The notes under the pieces were generated by a model. It did no database searches and was not told the origin of the DNA. It was given only the letters and a program-made list of their open reading frames with translations. Shown here one piece after another: positions 14,539 through 26,894 of a stretch of DNA of 64,000 nt (its first letter is position 1; every line of letters starts with the position of its first letter). The translations under genes and the position numbers were made by a program. The DNA lies in NCBI RefSeq assembly GCF_003334385.1, contig NZ_QOWN01000018.1. One strand, 5' to 3'. The DNA is from Escherichia coli (lineage in GTDB: Bacteria > Pseudomonadota > Gammaproteobacteria > Enterobacterales > Enterobacteriaceae).

Positions 14539-15479
14539 TGATCAGCGACAGCAAACTACTGGCAAGTGCGGCCTGGGATGCGCAATCACTCAACGAACTA
14601 AAGGCGAAAGCGGGCGAAGATCCGGCGGCAAATATCCGTCCGGTGGCCCGTCAGGTGGAAGGGATGTTCGTGCAGATGATGTTGAAAAGCATGCGCGACG
14701 CTTTACCAAAAGATGGCCTGTTCAGCAGCGAGCACACTCGCCTGTATACCAGTATGTATGACCAGCAGATTGCCCAACAGATGACGGCGGGCAAAGGTCT
14801 GGGGCTTGCAGAGATGATGGTTAAACAGATGACGCCAGAACAACCATTGCCAGAGGAGTCCACGCCAGCAGCACCGATGAAATTCCCGCTCGAAACTGTG
14901 GTGCGTTATCAAAATCAGGCGCTTTCGCAGCTGGTGCAAAAGGCCGTGCCACGTAACTACGATGATTCGCTGCCGGGTGACAGTAAAGAATTCCTCGCGC
15001 AACTCTCGCTGCCCGCCCAACTGGCAAGCCAGCAAAGCGGTGTGCCACATCATTTGATCCTCGCTCAGGCGGCACTGGAATCTGGTTGGGGGCAACGGCA
15101 AATCCGCCGCGAAAACGGCGAGCCGAGCTATAACCTGTTTGGTGTCAAAGCCTCTGGCAACTGGAAAGGGCCAGTTACTGAAATCACCACGACTGAATAT
15201 GAAAACGGCGAAGCGAAGAAAGTAAAAGCGAAGTTTCGCGTCTACAGCTCGTATCTGGAAGCCTTGTCGGATTACGTTGGGCTGTTAACGCGTAACCCGC
15301 GCTACGCCGCCGTGACGACCGCCGCGAGTGCGGAACAGGGGGCGCAGGCCCTACAGGACGCGGGCTATGCCACCGATCCTCACTATGCCCGCAAACTCAC
15401 CAACATGATTCAGCAGATGAAATCGATAAGCGACAAGGTGAGCAAAACCTACAGTATGAACATTGATAATCTGTTCTGA
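14538..15479 (+). CDS. flgJ: flagellar rod assembly protein / peptidoglycan hydrolase FlgJ
   Basis: ORF 14508-15479; ATG at 14538 overlapping flgI stop (ctgATGatc), 313 aa with C-terminal glucosaminidase-like region. Confidence 0.93.
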   Translation: MISDSKLLASAAWDAQSLNELKAKAGEDPAANIRPVARQVEGMFVQMMLKSMRDALPKDGLFSSEHTRLYTSMYDQQIAQQMTAGKGLGLAEMMVKQMTPEQPLPEESTPAAPMKFPLETVVRYQNQALSQLVQKAVPRNYDDSLPGDSKEFLAQLSLPAQLASQQSGVPHHLILAQAALESGWGQRQIRRENGEPSYNLFGVKASGNWKGPVTEITTTEYENGEAKKVKAKFRVYSSYLEALSDYVGLLTRNPRYAAVTTAASAEQGAQALQDAGYATDPHYARKLTNMIQQMKSISDKVSKTYSMNIDNLF

Positions 15480-15480
15480 A

Positions 15481-15511
15481 TAACTCAAGTCCGGCGGGTC
15501 GCTGCCGATAA
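15481..15511 (+). promoter_or_regulatory. putative sigma-28 class 3 promoter for flgKL
   Basis: GCCGATAA at 15504-15511 with imperfect -35 (TCAA/TAAC) 15-19 nt upstream, 34 nt before flgK start. Confidence 0.45.
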
Positions 15512-15544
15512 TACTCTGTAATTGAAGGCTTATAAGGAACCTCC

Positions 15545-17188
15545 ATGTCCAGCTTGATTAATAACGCCATGAGCGGACTGAACGCGGCCCAGGCGGCGTT
15601 AAATACGGCAAGTAATAATATCTCCAGCTATAACGTTGCCGGATATACCCGCCAAACCACTATTATGGCGCAGGCCAATAGCACGTTGGGCGCTGGCGGC
15701 TGGGTTGGCAATGGTGTCTACGTTTCTGGTGTGCAGCGTGAGTATGATGCGTTTATTACCAACCAGTTACGTGCGGCGCAGACGCAAAGTAGCGGTCTGA
15801 CTGCCCGCTATGAGCAGATGTCGAAAATCGACAATATGCTCTCCACCAGTACCTCTTCGCTGGCAACACAGATGCAGGATTTCTTCACCAGCCTGCAAAC
15901 GCTGGTGAGTAACGCGGAAGACCCGGCAGCGCGCCAGGCGCTGATTGGGAAATCAGAAGGATTGGTGAATCAGTTTAAAACCACCGATCAATATCTGCGC
16001 GACCAGGACAAACAGGTCAATATCGCGATAGGTGCCAGCGTTGATCAGATCAACAACTACGCTAAACAAATTGCCAGCCTGAACGATCAAATCTCGCGCC
16101 TGACAGGCGTGGGGGCAGGGGCGTCACCTAACAATCTGCTGGATCAACGCGATCAACTGGTGAGCGAATTAAACCAGATTGTTGGTGTAGAAGTCAGCGT
16201 TCAGGATGGCGGCACTTATAACATCACGATGGCCAATGGTTACTCACTGGTTCAGGGAAGTACGGCGCGGCAACTGGCGGCAGTTCCTTCCAGCGCTGAC
16301 CCTTCTCGTACGACTGTCGCTTATGTTGATGGGACGGCAGGCAATATTGAGATCCCGGAGAAATTACTGAATACCGGGTCGCTGGGCGGCATTCTGACAT
16401 TCCGTTCTCAGGATCTGGACCAGACGCGTAATACGCTTGGACAACTGGCGCTGGCATTTGCCGAGGCTTTCAACACCCAACACAAAGCCGGATTTGATGC
16501 TAACGGCGATGCCGGTGAAGATTTCTTTGCTATCGGTAAGCCCGCGGTTCTGCAAAACACGAAAAACAAAGGTGACGTTGCGATCGGTGCCACGGTAACT
16601 GATGCCTCCGCGGTACTGGCGACAGATTACAAAATCTCGTTCGATAATAATCAGTGGCAGGTCACCCGCCTTGCCAGCAATACCACTTTTACGGTGACGC
16701 CGGATGCCAACGGTAAAGTGGCATTTGATGGTCTGGAGTTGACGTTTACAGGAACGCCTGCCGTTAACGACAGCTTCACGCTGAAACCAGTAAGTGACGC
16801 CATCGTCAACATGGATGTATTAATCACCGACGAAGCGAAAATAGCGATGGCGAGCGAAGAAGATGCGGGTGATAGCGATAACCGCAACGGTCAGGCCCTG
16901 CTGGATCTGCAAAGCAACAGTAAAACGGTGGGCGGTGCGAAATCCTTTAACGACGCTTATGCCTCGTTAGTGAGTGATATCGGTAATAAAACCGCGACGT
17001 TGAAAACCAGTAGCGCCACGCAAGGTAATGTGGTGACGCAGCTTTCCAATCAGCAGCAGTCGATTTCCGGTGTCAATCTCGATGAGGAGTACGGAAATCT
17101 GCAACGTTTTCAGCAGTATTACCTGGCGAATGCGCAGGTTCTGCAGACGGCAAACGCGATTTTTGATGCGCTGATTAACATTCGCTAA
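15545..17188 (+). CDS. flgK: flagellar hook-associated protein 1 FlgK
   Basis: 547 aa ORF MSSLINNAMSGLNAAQAALNTASNNISSYNVAGYTRQ... Confidence 0.95.
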   Translation: MSSLINNAMSGLNAAQAALNTASNNISSYNVAGYTRQTTIMAQANSTLGAGGWVGNGVYVSGVQREYDAFITNQLRAAQTQSSGLTARYEQMSKIDNMLSTSTSSLATQMQDFFTSLQTLVSNAEDPAARQALIGKSEGLVNQFKTTDQYLRDQDKQVNIAIGASVDQINNYAKQIASLNDQISRLTGVGAGASPNNLLDQRDQLVSELNQIVGVEVSVQDGGTYNITMANGYSLVQGSTARQLAAVPSSADPSRTTVAYVDGTAGNIEIPEKLLNTGSLGGILTFRSQDLDQTRNTLGQLALAFAEAFNTQHKAGFDANGDAGEDFFAIGKPAVLQNTKNKGDVAIGATVTDASAVLATDYKISFDNNQWQVTRLASNTTFTVTPDANGKVAFDGLELTFTGTPAVNDSFTLKPVSDAIVNMDVLITDEAKIAMASEEDAGDSDNRNGQALLDLQSNSKTVGGAKSFNDAYASLVSDIGNKTATLKTSSATQGNVVTQLSNQQQSISGVNLDEEYGNLQRFQQYYLANAQVLQTANAIFDALINIR

Positions 17189-17199
17189 GGGGAGATAAG

Positions 17200-18153
17200 A
17201 TGCGTTTCAGTACACAGATGATGTACCAGCAAAACATGCGTGGTATCACCAATTCTCAGGCAGAATGGATGAAGTACGGCGAACAGATGTCGACGGGTAA
17301 GCGAGTCGTTAACCCTTCTGACGATCCCATTGCTGCATCACAAGCCGTAGTTCTCTCCCAGGCACAGGCGCAAAACAGCCAGTACACGCTGGCGCGTACT
17401 TTCGCCACTCAAAAAGTGTCACTGGAAGAGAGTGTACTTAGCCAGGTCACCACTGCTATCCAGAATGCTCAGGAAAAAATTGTCTACGCCAGCAATGGCA
17501 CCTTGAGTGACGATGACCGGGCCTCGCTGGCTACGGATATTCAGGGGCTTCGTGACCAGTTGCTGAATCTGGCAAACACCACTGACGGTAACGGGCGCTA
17601 CATTTTTGCCGGTTATAAAACAGAGACTGCGCCGTTTAGCGAAGAGAAAGGGAAATACGTCGGTGGAGCAGAAAGTATTAAACAACAGGTCGATGCTTCG
17701 CGTTCGATGGTGATAGGGCACACGGGTGACAAAATTTTCGACAGTATTACCAGCAACGCGGTAGCGGAACCAGACGGTAGCGCTTCTGAAACCAATCTTT
17801 TTGCCATGCTGGATAGTGCCATCGCAGCCCTGAAAACGCCGGTCGCGGATAGCGAAGCGGATAAAGAAACCGCCGCTGCGGCGTTAGATAAAACCAACCG
17901 CGGACTGAAAAACTCGCTGAACAATGTGCTGACTGTTCGCGCGGAATTAGGCACGCAGCTGAACGAACTGGAGTCGCTGGATTCATTAGGTAGCGATCGC
18001 GCTTTAGGGCAAACGCAGCAGATGAGCGATCTGGTTGATGTGGACTGGAATGCAACTATTTCATCTTACATCATGCAGCAAACGGCATTGCAGGCATCGT
18101 ATAAAGCATTTACCGATATGCAGGGATTGTCGCTCTTCCAGCTCAGCAAATAA
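17200..18153 (+). CDS. flgL: flagellar hook-associated protein 3 FlgL
   Basis: 317 aa ORF immediately after flgK. Confidence 0.95.
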   Translation: MRFSTQMMYQQNMRGITNSQAEWMKYGEQMSTGKRVVNPSDDPIAASQAVVLSQAQAQNSQYTLARTFATQKVSLEESVLSQVTTAIQNAQEKIVYASNGTLSDDDRASLATDIQGLRDQLLNLANTTDGNGRYIFAGYKTETAPFSEEKGKYVGGAESIKQQVDASRSMVIGHTGDKIFDSITSNAVAEPDGSASETNLFAMLDSAIAALKTPVADSEADKETAAAALDKTNRGLKNSLNNVLTVRAELGTQLNELESLDSLGSDRALGQTQQMSDLVDVDWNATISSYIMQQTALQASYKAFTDMQGLSLFQLSK

Positions 18154-18301
18154 TTTCGCTTTAAAACATATCATGAAACTGGGTATGTTTTGTCTGCCTG
18201 CTCTGGGATCGCTGGGGCGGGCATTTTTTTGCCTATTTTGCATTGTTGGTTAGCAAGGATGCCATTCGATGAATTTTAATATGTTGATTCAAAGATGAAA
18301 T

Positions 18302-18327
18302 AAAAAAGCCCTGGCAGTTACCAGGGC
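18302..18327 (-). terminator. intrinsic terminator of rne (hairpin shared with flgL on the other strand)
   Basis: gccctgg-cagtta-ccagggc stem-loop; A6 run on plus strand gives U-tract on minus strand 20 nt after rne stop. Confidence 0.7.
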
Positions 18328-18348
18328 TTGATTACTTTGAGCTAATTA

Positions 18349-21300
18349 TTACTCAACAGGTTGCGGACGCGCAGGAGCGGCAGAGGCATGATGTGTTGCC
18401 GTATGACCACCTGCGGCACCTTTACCTTCGAAGGCAAAAGTAGGGCGCTGCCAGTCACTGTGACGCGGTGCCTCCGGAACATATTCCGGTGCTGGAGCGC
18501 GCGTCATTGGCGCGGTAGCGTGGTTATGCTCAACGGTGACCTCAGGTTCGACCGCAGCTACCGTTTCAACTTCTGCTGCGACTTCAGCGACTACTGGCGC
18601 GGCAGGTTGAGCAACAACTTCAGGTTCAGCAACTACAACCTCAGCAGTTTCGACAACTTCTTCAATATCTGCCGTCTCTTCCTGCGGTTCAACCACCGGT
18701 TCTGCTTGTTCTGCAACTTCCTGGGCTACGGCAACATCAGACTCGGTAATCACCTGCGGCTGTTCAGTTACCGCGGCAGCGATCACTTCAGGATGCGTCG
18801 TTTCAACCACTTCCGGTTGCGGTTCGGCAACCTGAACGGGGGCTTCTACGACACCGGCCACTTCTTCAACAACTGGCGCGCTAACAACCGGTTCGATAGC
18901 GGCGGCGACAGGGACCTCAGTCACCATCGGCTGCACATGTACTTCTTCCTGTTCGCGCTGCTCTTCAACCTGTACATCTTGCGGACGTACAATTGGATAG
19001 CGGATCCAGACTTTGCCAGAGGCCAGTTCCGGAGACGCGCACGCTACGGTCAACGGCATTGGCGACTGGGTTGGATAACGCTCGTCACGATAGCGACGAC
19101 GACGCTGACCACTTACGCGCAGGTGACGAGGCGAGCGGCGAGAACGACGCGGCATGCCACCGTTGTCACGGTTATCAGCATTGTTCTCTTCTTGCTGTTC
19201 TGGTGCAGTTTGCGCTACGACTGGCAGCGGGACTTTCACCAGTTCTGTGCGTGGAGCTGGCGCTTCCTGAACAATTGGTTCGGCAGCGACAGTTTCTTCA
19301 ACCACCGGTGCGACTACCGCTTCTTCGGCTACGCTTTGCTCGTAACGCACTTTCTGATTGAGCTGACGCTGTTTACGACGCGGCTGAACCGGACGTACAC
19401 GTTCTTCCTGTTCGGTTTCCTGAACAGATTGCTCTTCAACATTCAGCGCCTTCGCTTCTTGTTGCGCCTGACGTTTATCATCATTACGGCGGCGGCTACG
19501 TTCACGACGCGGCGCTTGCTGCTCGTCGGCGGTACGCGCTTTTTCCGTTACCTCAGCCTGCTGACGGCTCTCACGCGTCTCGGCAGTCTGCTGCTGTGCC
19601 TGGCGACGATTACGACGGTTTTCTTCGCGATTATCGCTGCCTTCAGTACGTTCACTACGGGTGTCGCGGCGCTCATTACGGTCACGGCGGTTGTTCTGAC
19701 GAGGCTTGCGACGATCCTGTTGACGTTCCGGTTTCGCTTCTGCTTTCGGTGCTGGTTGCTCGGTCGGTTTGGTTTCTTCACCACCGCTGAACAGCGCTTT
19801 CAGTGCGCCGAAGAAGCGGCTCAACAGCCCAGGTTGTGCAGGAGCTGCTGGTGTTGCCGGTGCAGCTTTCGGTGCTGGAGCTACAACAGGCGCGGCAGGT
19901 TCAGCTGGCGTTGGCGCAGGCGGCACATCCGGCATGGCAAAGGTTGCCAGCGCAGGTTGTTCCGGACGCTTACGTTCAGCGAACTCTTCTTCAGACGGCA
20001 GCGCCATCGCTTCTTCATGCAGCTTCGGCAGCATGTAGCTTAAGGTTGGGGTTTCTTCCCCTTTACGCACGCGCAGCACGTGGTAGTGCGGGGTTTCCAT
20101 CTGATCGTTTGGCACAATTACACAGCGCACACCGTCCTGACGAGTTTCAATGGCATTTACCGCAGAACGTTTTTCATTCAGCAGGTAAGAAGCGATTGGC
20201 ACAGGAACAATGGCGTGAACTTCCTGGGTGTTCTCTTTCAGCGCTTCTTCTTCGATCAGACGCAGAATAGAGAGCGACAGCGATTCGTTGTCACGCACGG
20301 TGCCAGTACCAGAACAACGCGGACAAACGTGATGACTGGATTCACCCAGTGATGGGCTCAGGCGCTGACGGGACATTTCCAGCAGGCCAAAGCGAGAAAT
20401 ATGGCTGATTTGAATACGCGCACGGTCCTGACGCACCGCTTCACGCAGACGGTTTTCTACCGCACGCTGGTGGCGTACTGGCGTCATGTCGATGAAGTCG
20501 ATAACAATCAGGCCGCCGAGGTCACGCAGGCGCAGCTGACGAGCAATCTCATCGGCAGCTTCGAGGTTAGTGTTAAACGCGGTTTCTTCGATATCGCCGC
20601 CGCGGGTCGCGCGTGCGGAGTTGATGTCGATGGCCGTTAACGCTTCGGTGCTGTCGATAACAATGGAACCACCAGACGGCAGACGAACTTCACGCTGGAA
20701 GGCGGACTCGATCTGTGACTCGATCTGGTAGTGGCTGAACAGCGGGATCTCGCCGGTGTACAGTTTGATTTTGCTGCTGAAATCCGGGCGACCTAATGCA
20801 GCGATATGCTGACGTGCCAGTTCGAGCACTTTCGGGTTATCGATAAGGATTTCGCCGATGTCCTGACGTAAGTAATCGCGGAATGCGCGAACGATTACGT
20901 TGCTCTCCTGATGAATCAGGAACGGGGCCGGGCGGCTTTCAGCGGCTTTTTTGATGGCTTCCCAGTGTTTCAGACGGAAGCTTAAATCCCATTGCAGCGC
21001 CTCAGCAGATTTGCCGACGCCAGCGGTGCGCACGATAAGCCCCATGCCTTCCGGCAGTTCAAGGCTTGCCAGTGCTTCTTTTAATTCGGTACGGTCGTCG
21101 CCTTCGATACGGCGAGAAATGCCACCCGCGCGCGGGTTGTTCGGCATCAGAACCAGATAGCTACCCGCCAGACTGATAAAGGTGGTTAATGCCGCGCCTT
21201 TGTTGCCGCGCTCTTCTTTATCGATCTGAACAATGACTTCCTGACCTTCACGCAACACATCTTTAATGTTGGGACGACCATGAGCACTGTAGTTAGCAGG

Positions 21301-21534
21301 GAAATATTCGCGGGCAATTTCTTTTAGTGGGAGGAAACCGTGACGTTCAGCGCCGTAATCAACAAAAGCAGCTTCCAGACTCGGTTCAATGCGGGTGATT
21401 TTACCTTTGTAGATGTTTGCCTTTTTCTGCTCGTGCCCTGGACTTTCGATATCCAGGTCATACAGACGCTGCCCATCTACAAGGGCAACGCGCAACTCTT
21501 CCTGCTGAGTTGCGTTGATTAACATTCTTTTCAT
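18349..21534 (-). CDS. rne: ribonuclease E
   Basis: 1061 aa ORF; N-terminal S1/catalytic region [30 protein letters not shown]..., Arg-rich and acidic low-complexity C-terminal scaffold. Confidence 0.97.
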   Translation of the reverse strand: MKRMLINATQQEELRVALVDGQRLYDLDIESPGHEQKKANIYKGKITRIEPSLEAAFVDYGAERHGFLPLKEIAREYFPANYSAHGRPNIKDVLREGQEVIVQIDKEERGNKGAALTTFISLAGSYLVLMPNNPRAGGISRRIEGDDRTELKEALASLELPEGMGLIVRTAGVGKSAEALQWDLSFRLKHWEAIKKAAESRPAPFLIHQESNVIVRAFRDYLRQDIGEILIDNPKVLELARQHIAALGRPDFSSKIKLYTGEIPLFSHYQIESQIESAFQREVRLPSGGSIVIDSTEALTAIDINSARATRGGDIEETAFNTNLEAADEIARQLRLRDLGGLIVIDFIDMTPVRHQRAVENRLREAVRQDRARIQISHISRFGLLEMSRQRLSPSLGESSHHVCPRCSGTGTVRDNESLSLSILRLIEEEALKENTQEVHAIVPVPIASYLLNEKRSAVNAIETRQDGVRCVIVPNDQMETPHYHVLRVRKGEETPTLSYMLPKLHEEAMALPSEEEFAERKRPEQPALATFAMPDVPPAPTPAEPAAPVVAPAPKAAPATPAAPAQPGLLSRFFGALKALFSGGEETKPTEQPAPKAEAKPERQQDRRKPRQNNRRDRNERRDTRSERTEGSDNREENRRNRRQAQQQTAETRESRQQAEVTEKARTADEQQAPRRERSRRRNDDKRQAQQEAKALNVEEQSVQETEQEERVRPVQPRRKQRQLNQKVRYEQSVAEEAVVAPVVEETVAAEPIVQEAPAPRTELVKVPLPVVAQTAPEQQEENNADNRDNGGMPRRSRRSPRHLRVSGQRRRRYRDERYPTQSPMPLTVACASPELASGKVWIRYPIVRPQDVQVEEQREQEEVHVQPMVTEVPVAAAIEPVVSAPVVEEVAGVVEAPVQVAEPQPEVVETTHPEVIAAAVTEQPQVITESDVAVAQEVAEQAEPVVEPQEETADIEEVVETAEVVVAEPEVVAQPAAPVVAEVAAEVETVAAVEPEVTVEHNHATAPMTRAPAPEYVPEAPRHSDWQRPTFAFEGKGAAGGHTATHHASAAPARPQPVE

Positions 21535-21895
21535 CGTAACTTACTCATTATTCTTACATTGACGACTAAGCTGCGGGCAAAGTAACGCCTTTCCGGGTGT
21601 GAACCGATGGCCTCGTGTCTAGTCGCGTCGCCAACCTCACGGTTATCGTCAGCTCAAAGAGGCGCAGAGTGTCGGTTGCCCGTTTTTCATGCGGAAAAAC
21701 AGCGCAATTATCAAAGAAACAGACTGGGTATTACTCTCCAGAAATATTTCCATCTACCGGTAAGGACTGCAACCCGCAGCCCGCTAACTGCCTGAAAGAT
21801 CAATACGTCTTACGCCATTGCTGCGTGGATGATCGGTCGGGCAAAATGGGTTATTCCGTAAAATTTCTTGTTTTAACAAGGATGGACACGGAAAC
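21535..21895 (-). promoter_or_regulatory. rne long 5' UTR / autoregulatory leader (approximate)
   Basis: 572 bp non-coding gap upstream of rne start codon; K-12 rne is known to have a ~361 nt structured leader mediating RNase E autoregulation. Confidence 0.5.
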
Positions 21896-22106
21896 GGCCT
21901 CATTATTCCACTGCAAGCCTTGTTATAGCAAGATGACTTTTACCATTTATCACCCGCTTACTCACAGTTTTTTCACTTCTTGCTGGTGATTGGTTTAATA
22001 ACCATCAATAAAGTGATCACGCAGTGAAGTAATAAGGTGCAAAAGTAAATATAAGCATAGAAAAATGAGTGGCGCGAATCCTGTTGGCTAATTAGAATCG
22101 CCAACC

Positions 22107-23066
22107 ATGAAAACAGAGACTCCATCCGTAAAAATTGTTGCTATCACCGCTGACGAAGCGGGGCAACGTATCGATAACTTTTTGCGTACCCAATTGAAAG
22201 GCGTACCAAAAAGTATGATTTACCGTATTTTGCGTAAAGGCGAAGTGCGGGTGAACAAAAAACGTATTAAGCCTGAATATAAACTCGAAGCGGGTGATGA
22301 GGTGCGTATTCCACCGGTTCGCGTTGCTGAGCGGGAAGAAGAGGCGGTTTCGCCACATCTGCAAAAGGTGGCGGCGCTGGCGGACGTCATCTTATATGAA
22401 GATGATCACATCCTGGTGCTGAATAAACCTTCCGGTACGGCGGTACATGGCGGCAGTGGTTTAAGCTTCGGCGTTATTGAAGGTTTGCGGGCGTTGCGCC
22501 CGGAAGCGCGGTTCCTTGAACTGGTTCATCGTCTTGACCGGGACACCTCAGGTGTTTTGCTGGTAGCGAAAAAACGCTCGGCGTTGCGTTCTCTGCATGA
22601 GCAATTACGTGAAAAAGGGATGCAAAAAGATTACCTGGCGCTGGTGCGCGGTCAGTGGCAGTCGCATGTGAAGAGCGTTCAAGCACCGTTACTGAAAAAT
22701 ATTCTGCAAAGCGGCGAACGTATCGTGCGTGTGAGTCAGGAAGGCAAACCGTCGGAAACACGCTTTAAAGTGGAAGAACGCTATGCATTTGCCACCCTGG
22801 TGCGTTGTAGCCCGGTAACAGGGCGTACTCACCAGATCCGTGTGCATACACAATATGCGGGTCATCCGATTGCCTTTGACGATCGCTACGGTGACCGTGA
22901 ATTTGACAGGCAGCTCACTGAAGCAGGCACGGGATTAAATCGCCTGTTCCTGCACGCTGCAGCGTTGAAGTTTACTCATCCGGGGACCGGTGAGGTGATG
23001 CGTATCGAAGCTCCGATGGATGAAGGTTTGAAGCGTTGTTTGCAAAAGCTGCGTAACGCGCGCTAA
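22107..23066 (+). CDS. rluC: 23S rRNA pseudouridine synthase RluC
   Basis: 319 aa ORF with S4 domain N-terminus and HRLDRDTSG catalytic motif. Confidence 0.95.
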   Translation: MKTETPSVKIVAITADEAGQRIDNFLRTQLKGVPKSMIYRILRKGEVRVNKKRIKPEYKLEAGDEVRIPPVRVAEREEEAVSPHLQKVAALADVILYEDDHILVLNKPSGTAVHGGSGLSFGVIEGLRALRPEARFLELVHRLDRDTSGVLLVAKKRSALRSLHEQLREKGMQKDYLALVRGQWQSHVKSVQAPLLKNILQSGERIVRVSQEGKPSETRFKVEERYAFATLVRCSPVTGRTHQIRVHTQYAGHPIAFDDRYGDREFDRQLTEAGTGLNRLFLHAAALKFTHPGTGEVMRIEAPMDEGLKRCLQKLRNAR

Positions 23067-23094
23067 TACAAGCATATAAACCTGATAATGGGCG

Positions 23095-23172
23095 GTTGGC
23101 CTGATAAGGCGTTTACGCCGCATCAGGCCGCCAGCACCGATTGCCGGATGCGACGTAACCACATCCGGCGCA
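23095..23172. repeat. BIME (two REP units) between rluC and yceF
   Basis: ggcctgataaggcgtttacgccgcatcaggcc and tgccggatgcgacgtaaccacatccggcg. Confidence 0.8.
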
Positions 23173-23177
23173 AAAAA

Positions 23178-23762
23178 CTATCCCATCAGCGGGTTTTTCC
23201 CTTCCCGACGTAACATCTGACACAGCGCGATTAGCGGTAAACCAACCAGCGTGTTAGGATCACGCCCCTCTAAACGCTCAAACAGCGTAATGCCAAATCC
23301 TTCACTCTTAAAGCTACCCGCGCAGTGCAGGGGATGCTCTTTACGCACGTAATTATCAATCTCCGCCTCGCTCAGGTGACGGAAATGGACGTCAAAAGGC
23401 TCCACTTCTGTTTGCAGATGCCCATTCGCCGAATTAAACAACGCCAGTCCAGTATAGAAGGTGACGATATTGCCGCTGGCTTTGCGTAATTGCAGACGGG
23501 CATTTTCTTCCGTTAACGGTTTACCGGTGATTTCGCCATCAAGAACACATACCTGGTCTGAACCAATAATTAAATGATCCGGATAACGTGACGCCAGAGA
23601 TTGCGCTTTTTCTTGTGCCAGTCGAAGCACCAACTGTCGCGGTGATTCGTCGCTGCGTGGGGTTTCGTCGACCTCTGGTGCTGCACATTCAAAAGAGATT
23701 TGCAGTTTTTCCAGAAGAGCGCGACGCCATGGCGAGGTGGAGGCTAAAATAAGTTTAGGCAT
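23178..23762 (-). CDS. yceF: Maf-like nucleotide pyrophosphatase YceF
   Basis: ORF 23178-23801; start at [20 protein letters not shown] (194 aa). Confidence 0.9.
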
Positions 23763-23769
23763 ATTTTTT

Positions 23770-23930
23770 TCCATCAGATATAGCGTATTGATGATAGCCA
23801 TTTTAAACTATGCGCTTCGTTTTGCAGGTTGATGTTTGTTATCAGCACTGAACGAAAATAAAGCAGTAACCCGCAATGTGTGCGAATTATTGGCAAAAGG
23901 CAACCACAGGCTGCCTTTTTCTTTGACTCT
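23770..23930 (+). ncRNA. sraB: probable SraB small RNA (yceF-yceD intergenic), approximate bounds
   Basis: Established knowledge places SraB in the yceF/yceD intergenic region in K-12; here a 7-bp stem (aaaggca...tgccttt, ~23897-23919) followed by tttttcttt provides a plus-strand intrinsic terminator; 5' end not determinable from sequence. Confidence 0.35.
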
Positions 23931-23948
23931 ATGACGTTACAAAGTTAA

Positions 23949-24482
<534 letters not shown>

Positions 24483-24521
24483 TTGGTGCTCCCCGTTGGA
24501 TCGGGGATAAACCGTAATTGA

Positions 24522-24707
<186 letters not shown>

Positions 24708-24787
24708 TCACGCATCTGCGTGATGAAGCTTAGTGAGGATTTTCCCCAGGCAACTGGGGAAAGACCAAACCGGGCGGCGACGATACC

Positions 24788-25858
24788 TTGACACGTCTAA
24801 CCCTGGCGTTAGATGTCATGGGAGGGGATTTTGGCCCTTCCGTGACAGTGCCTGCAGCATTGCAGGCACTGAATTCTAATTCGCAACTCACTCTTCTTTT
24901 AGTCGGCAATCCCGACGCCATCACGCCATTACTTGCTAAAGCTGACTTTGAACAACGTTCGCGTCTGCAGATTATTCCTGCGCAGTCAGTTATCGCCAGT
25001 GATGCCCGGCCTTCGCAAGCTATCCGCGCCAGTCGTGGGAGTTCAATGCGCGTGGCCCTGGAGCTGGTGAAAGAAGGTCGAGCGCAAGCCTGTGTCAGTG
25101 CCGGTAATACCGGGGCGCTGATGGGGCTGGCAAAATTATTACTCAAGCCCCTGGAGGGGATTGAGCGTCCGGCGCTGGTGACGGTATTACCACATCAGCA
25201 AAAGGGCAAAACGGTGGTCCTTGACTTAGGGGCCAACGTCGATTGTGACAGCACAATGCTGGTGCAATTTGCCATTATGGGCTCAGTTCTGGCTGAAGAG
25301 GTGGTGGAAATTCCCAATCCTCGCGTGGCGTTGCTCAATATTGGTGAAGAAGAAGTAAAGGGTCTCGACAGTATTCGGGATGCCTCAGCGGTGCTTAAAA
25401 CAATCCCTTCTATCAATTATATCGGCTATCTTGAAGCCAATGAGTTGTTAACTGGCAAGACAGATGTGCTGGTTTGTGACGGCTTTACAGGAAATGTCAC
25501 ATTAAAGACGATGGAAGGTGTTGTCAGGATGTTCCTTTCTCTGCTGAAATCTCAGGGTGAAGGGAAAAAACGGTCGTGGTGGCTACTGTTATTAAAGCGT
25601 TGGCTACAAAAGAGCCTGACGAGGCGATTCAGTCACCTCAACCCCGACCAGTATAACGGCGCCTGTCTGTTAGGATTGCGCGGCACGGTGATAAAAAGTC
25701 ATGGTGCAGCCAATCAGCGAGCTTTTGCGGTCGCGATTGAACAGGCAGTGCAGGCGGTGCAGCGACAAGTTCCTCAGCGAATTGCCGCTCGCCTGGAATC
25801 TGTATACCCAGCTGGTTTTGAGCTGCTGGACGGTGGCAAAAGCGGAACTCTGCGGTAG
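24788..25858 (+). CDS. plsX: phosphate acyltransferase PlsX
   Basis: 356 aa [28 protein letters not shown]... Confidence 0.95.
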
Positions 25859-25925
25859 CAGGACGCTGCCAGCGAACTCGCAGTTTGCAAGTGACGGTAT
25901 ATAACCGAAAAGTGACTGAGCGTAC

Positions 25926-26879
25926 ATGTATACGAAGATTATTGGTACTGGCAGCTATCTGCCCGAACAAGTGCGGACAAACGCCGATTTGGAAAAAATG
26001 GTGGACACCTCTGACGAGTGGATTGTCACTCGTACCGGTATCCGCGAACGCCACATTGCCGCGCCAAACGAAACCGTTTCAACCATGGGCTTTGAAGCGG
26101 CGACACGCGCAATTGAGATGGCGGGCATTGAGAAAGACCAGATTGGCCTGATCGTTGTGGCAACGACTTCTGCTACGCACGCTTTCCCGAGCGCAGCTTG
26201 TCAGATTCAAAGCATGTTGGGCATTAAAGGTTGCCCGGCATTTGACGTTGCAGCAGCCTGCGCAGGTTTCACCTATGCATTAAGCGTAGCCGATCAATAC
26301 GTGAAATCTGGGGCGGTGAAGTATGCTCTGGTCGTCGGTTCCGATGTACTGGCGCGCACCTGCGATCCAACCGATCGTGGGACTATTATTATTTTTGGCG
26401 ATGGCGCGGGCGCTGCGGTGCTGGCTGCCTCTGAAGAGCCGGGAATCATTTCCACCCATCTGCATGCCGACGGTAGTTATGGTGAATTGCTGACGCTGCC
26501 AAACGCCGACCGCGTGAATCCAGAGAATTCAATTCATCTGACGATGGCGGGCAACGAAGTCTTCAAGGTTGCGGTAACGGAACTGGCGCACATCGTTGAT
26601 GAGACGCTGGCGGCGAATAATCTTGACCGTTCTCAACTGGACTGGCTGGTTCCGCATCAGGCTAACCTGCGTATTATCAGTGCAACGGCGAAAAAACTCG
26701 GTATGTCTATGGATAATGTCGTGGTGACGCTGGATCGCCACGGTAATACCTCTGCGGCCTCTGTCCCGTGCGCGCTGGATGAAGCTGTACGCGACGGGCG
26801 CATTAAGCCGGGGCAGTTGGTTCTGCTTGAAGCCTTTGGCGGTGGATTCACCTGGGGCTCCGCGCTGGTTCGTTTCTAG
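25926..26879 (+). CDS. fabH: 3-oxoacyl-ACP synthase III
   Basis: 317 aa [28 protein letters not shown]... Confidence 0.96.
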
Positions 26880-26894
26880 GATAAGGATTAAAAC

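Noticed and set aside
18400-19900. Nucleotide-level repetitiveness (gaa/gtt/gca-rich runs)
   Set aside because: Corresponds to the intrinsically disordered Arg-rich and acidic scaffold region of RNase E, not a repeat element or CRISPR-like array.
18361-20043. 560-aa plus-strand ORF
   Set aside because: Lies entirely antisense to rne within its repetitive, compositionally biased C-terminal coding region; the translation is low-complexity R/F/L/C-rich with no domain-like features; an open-frame artefact.
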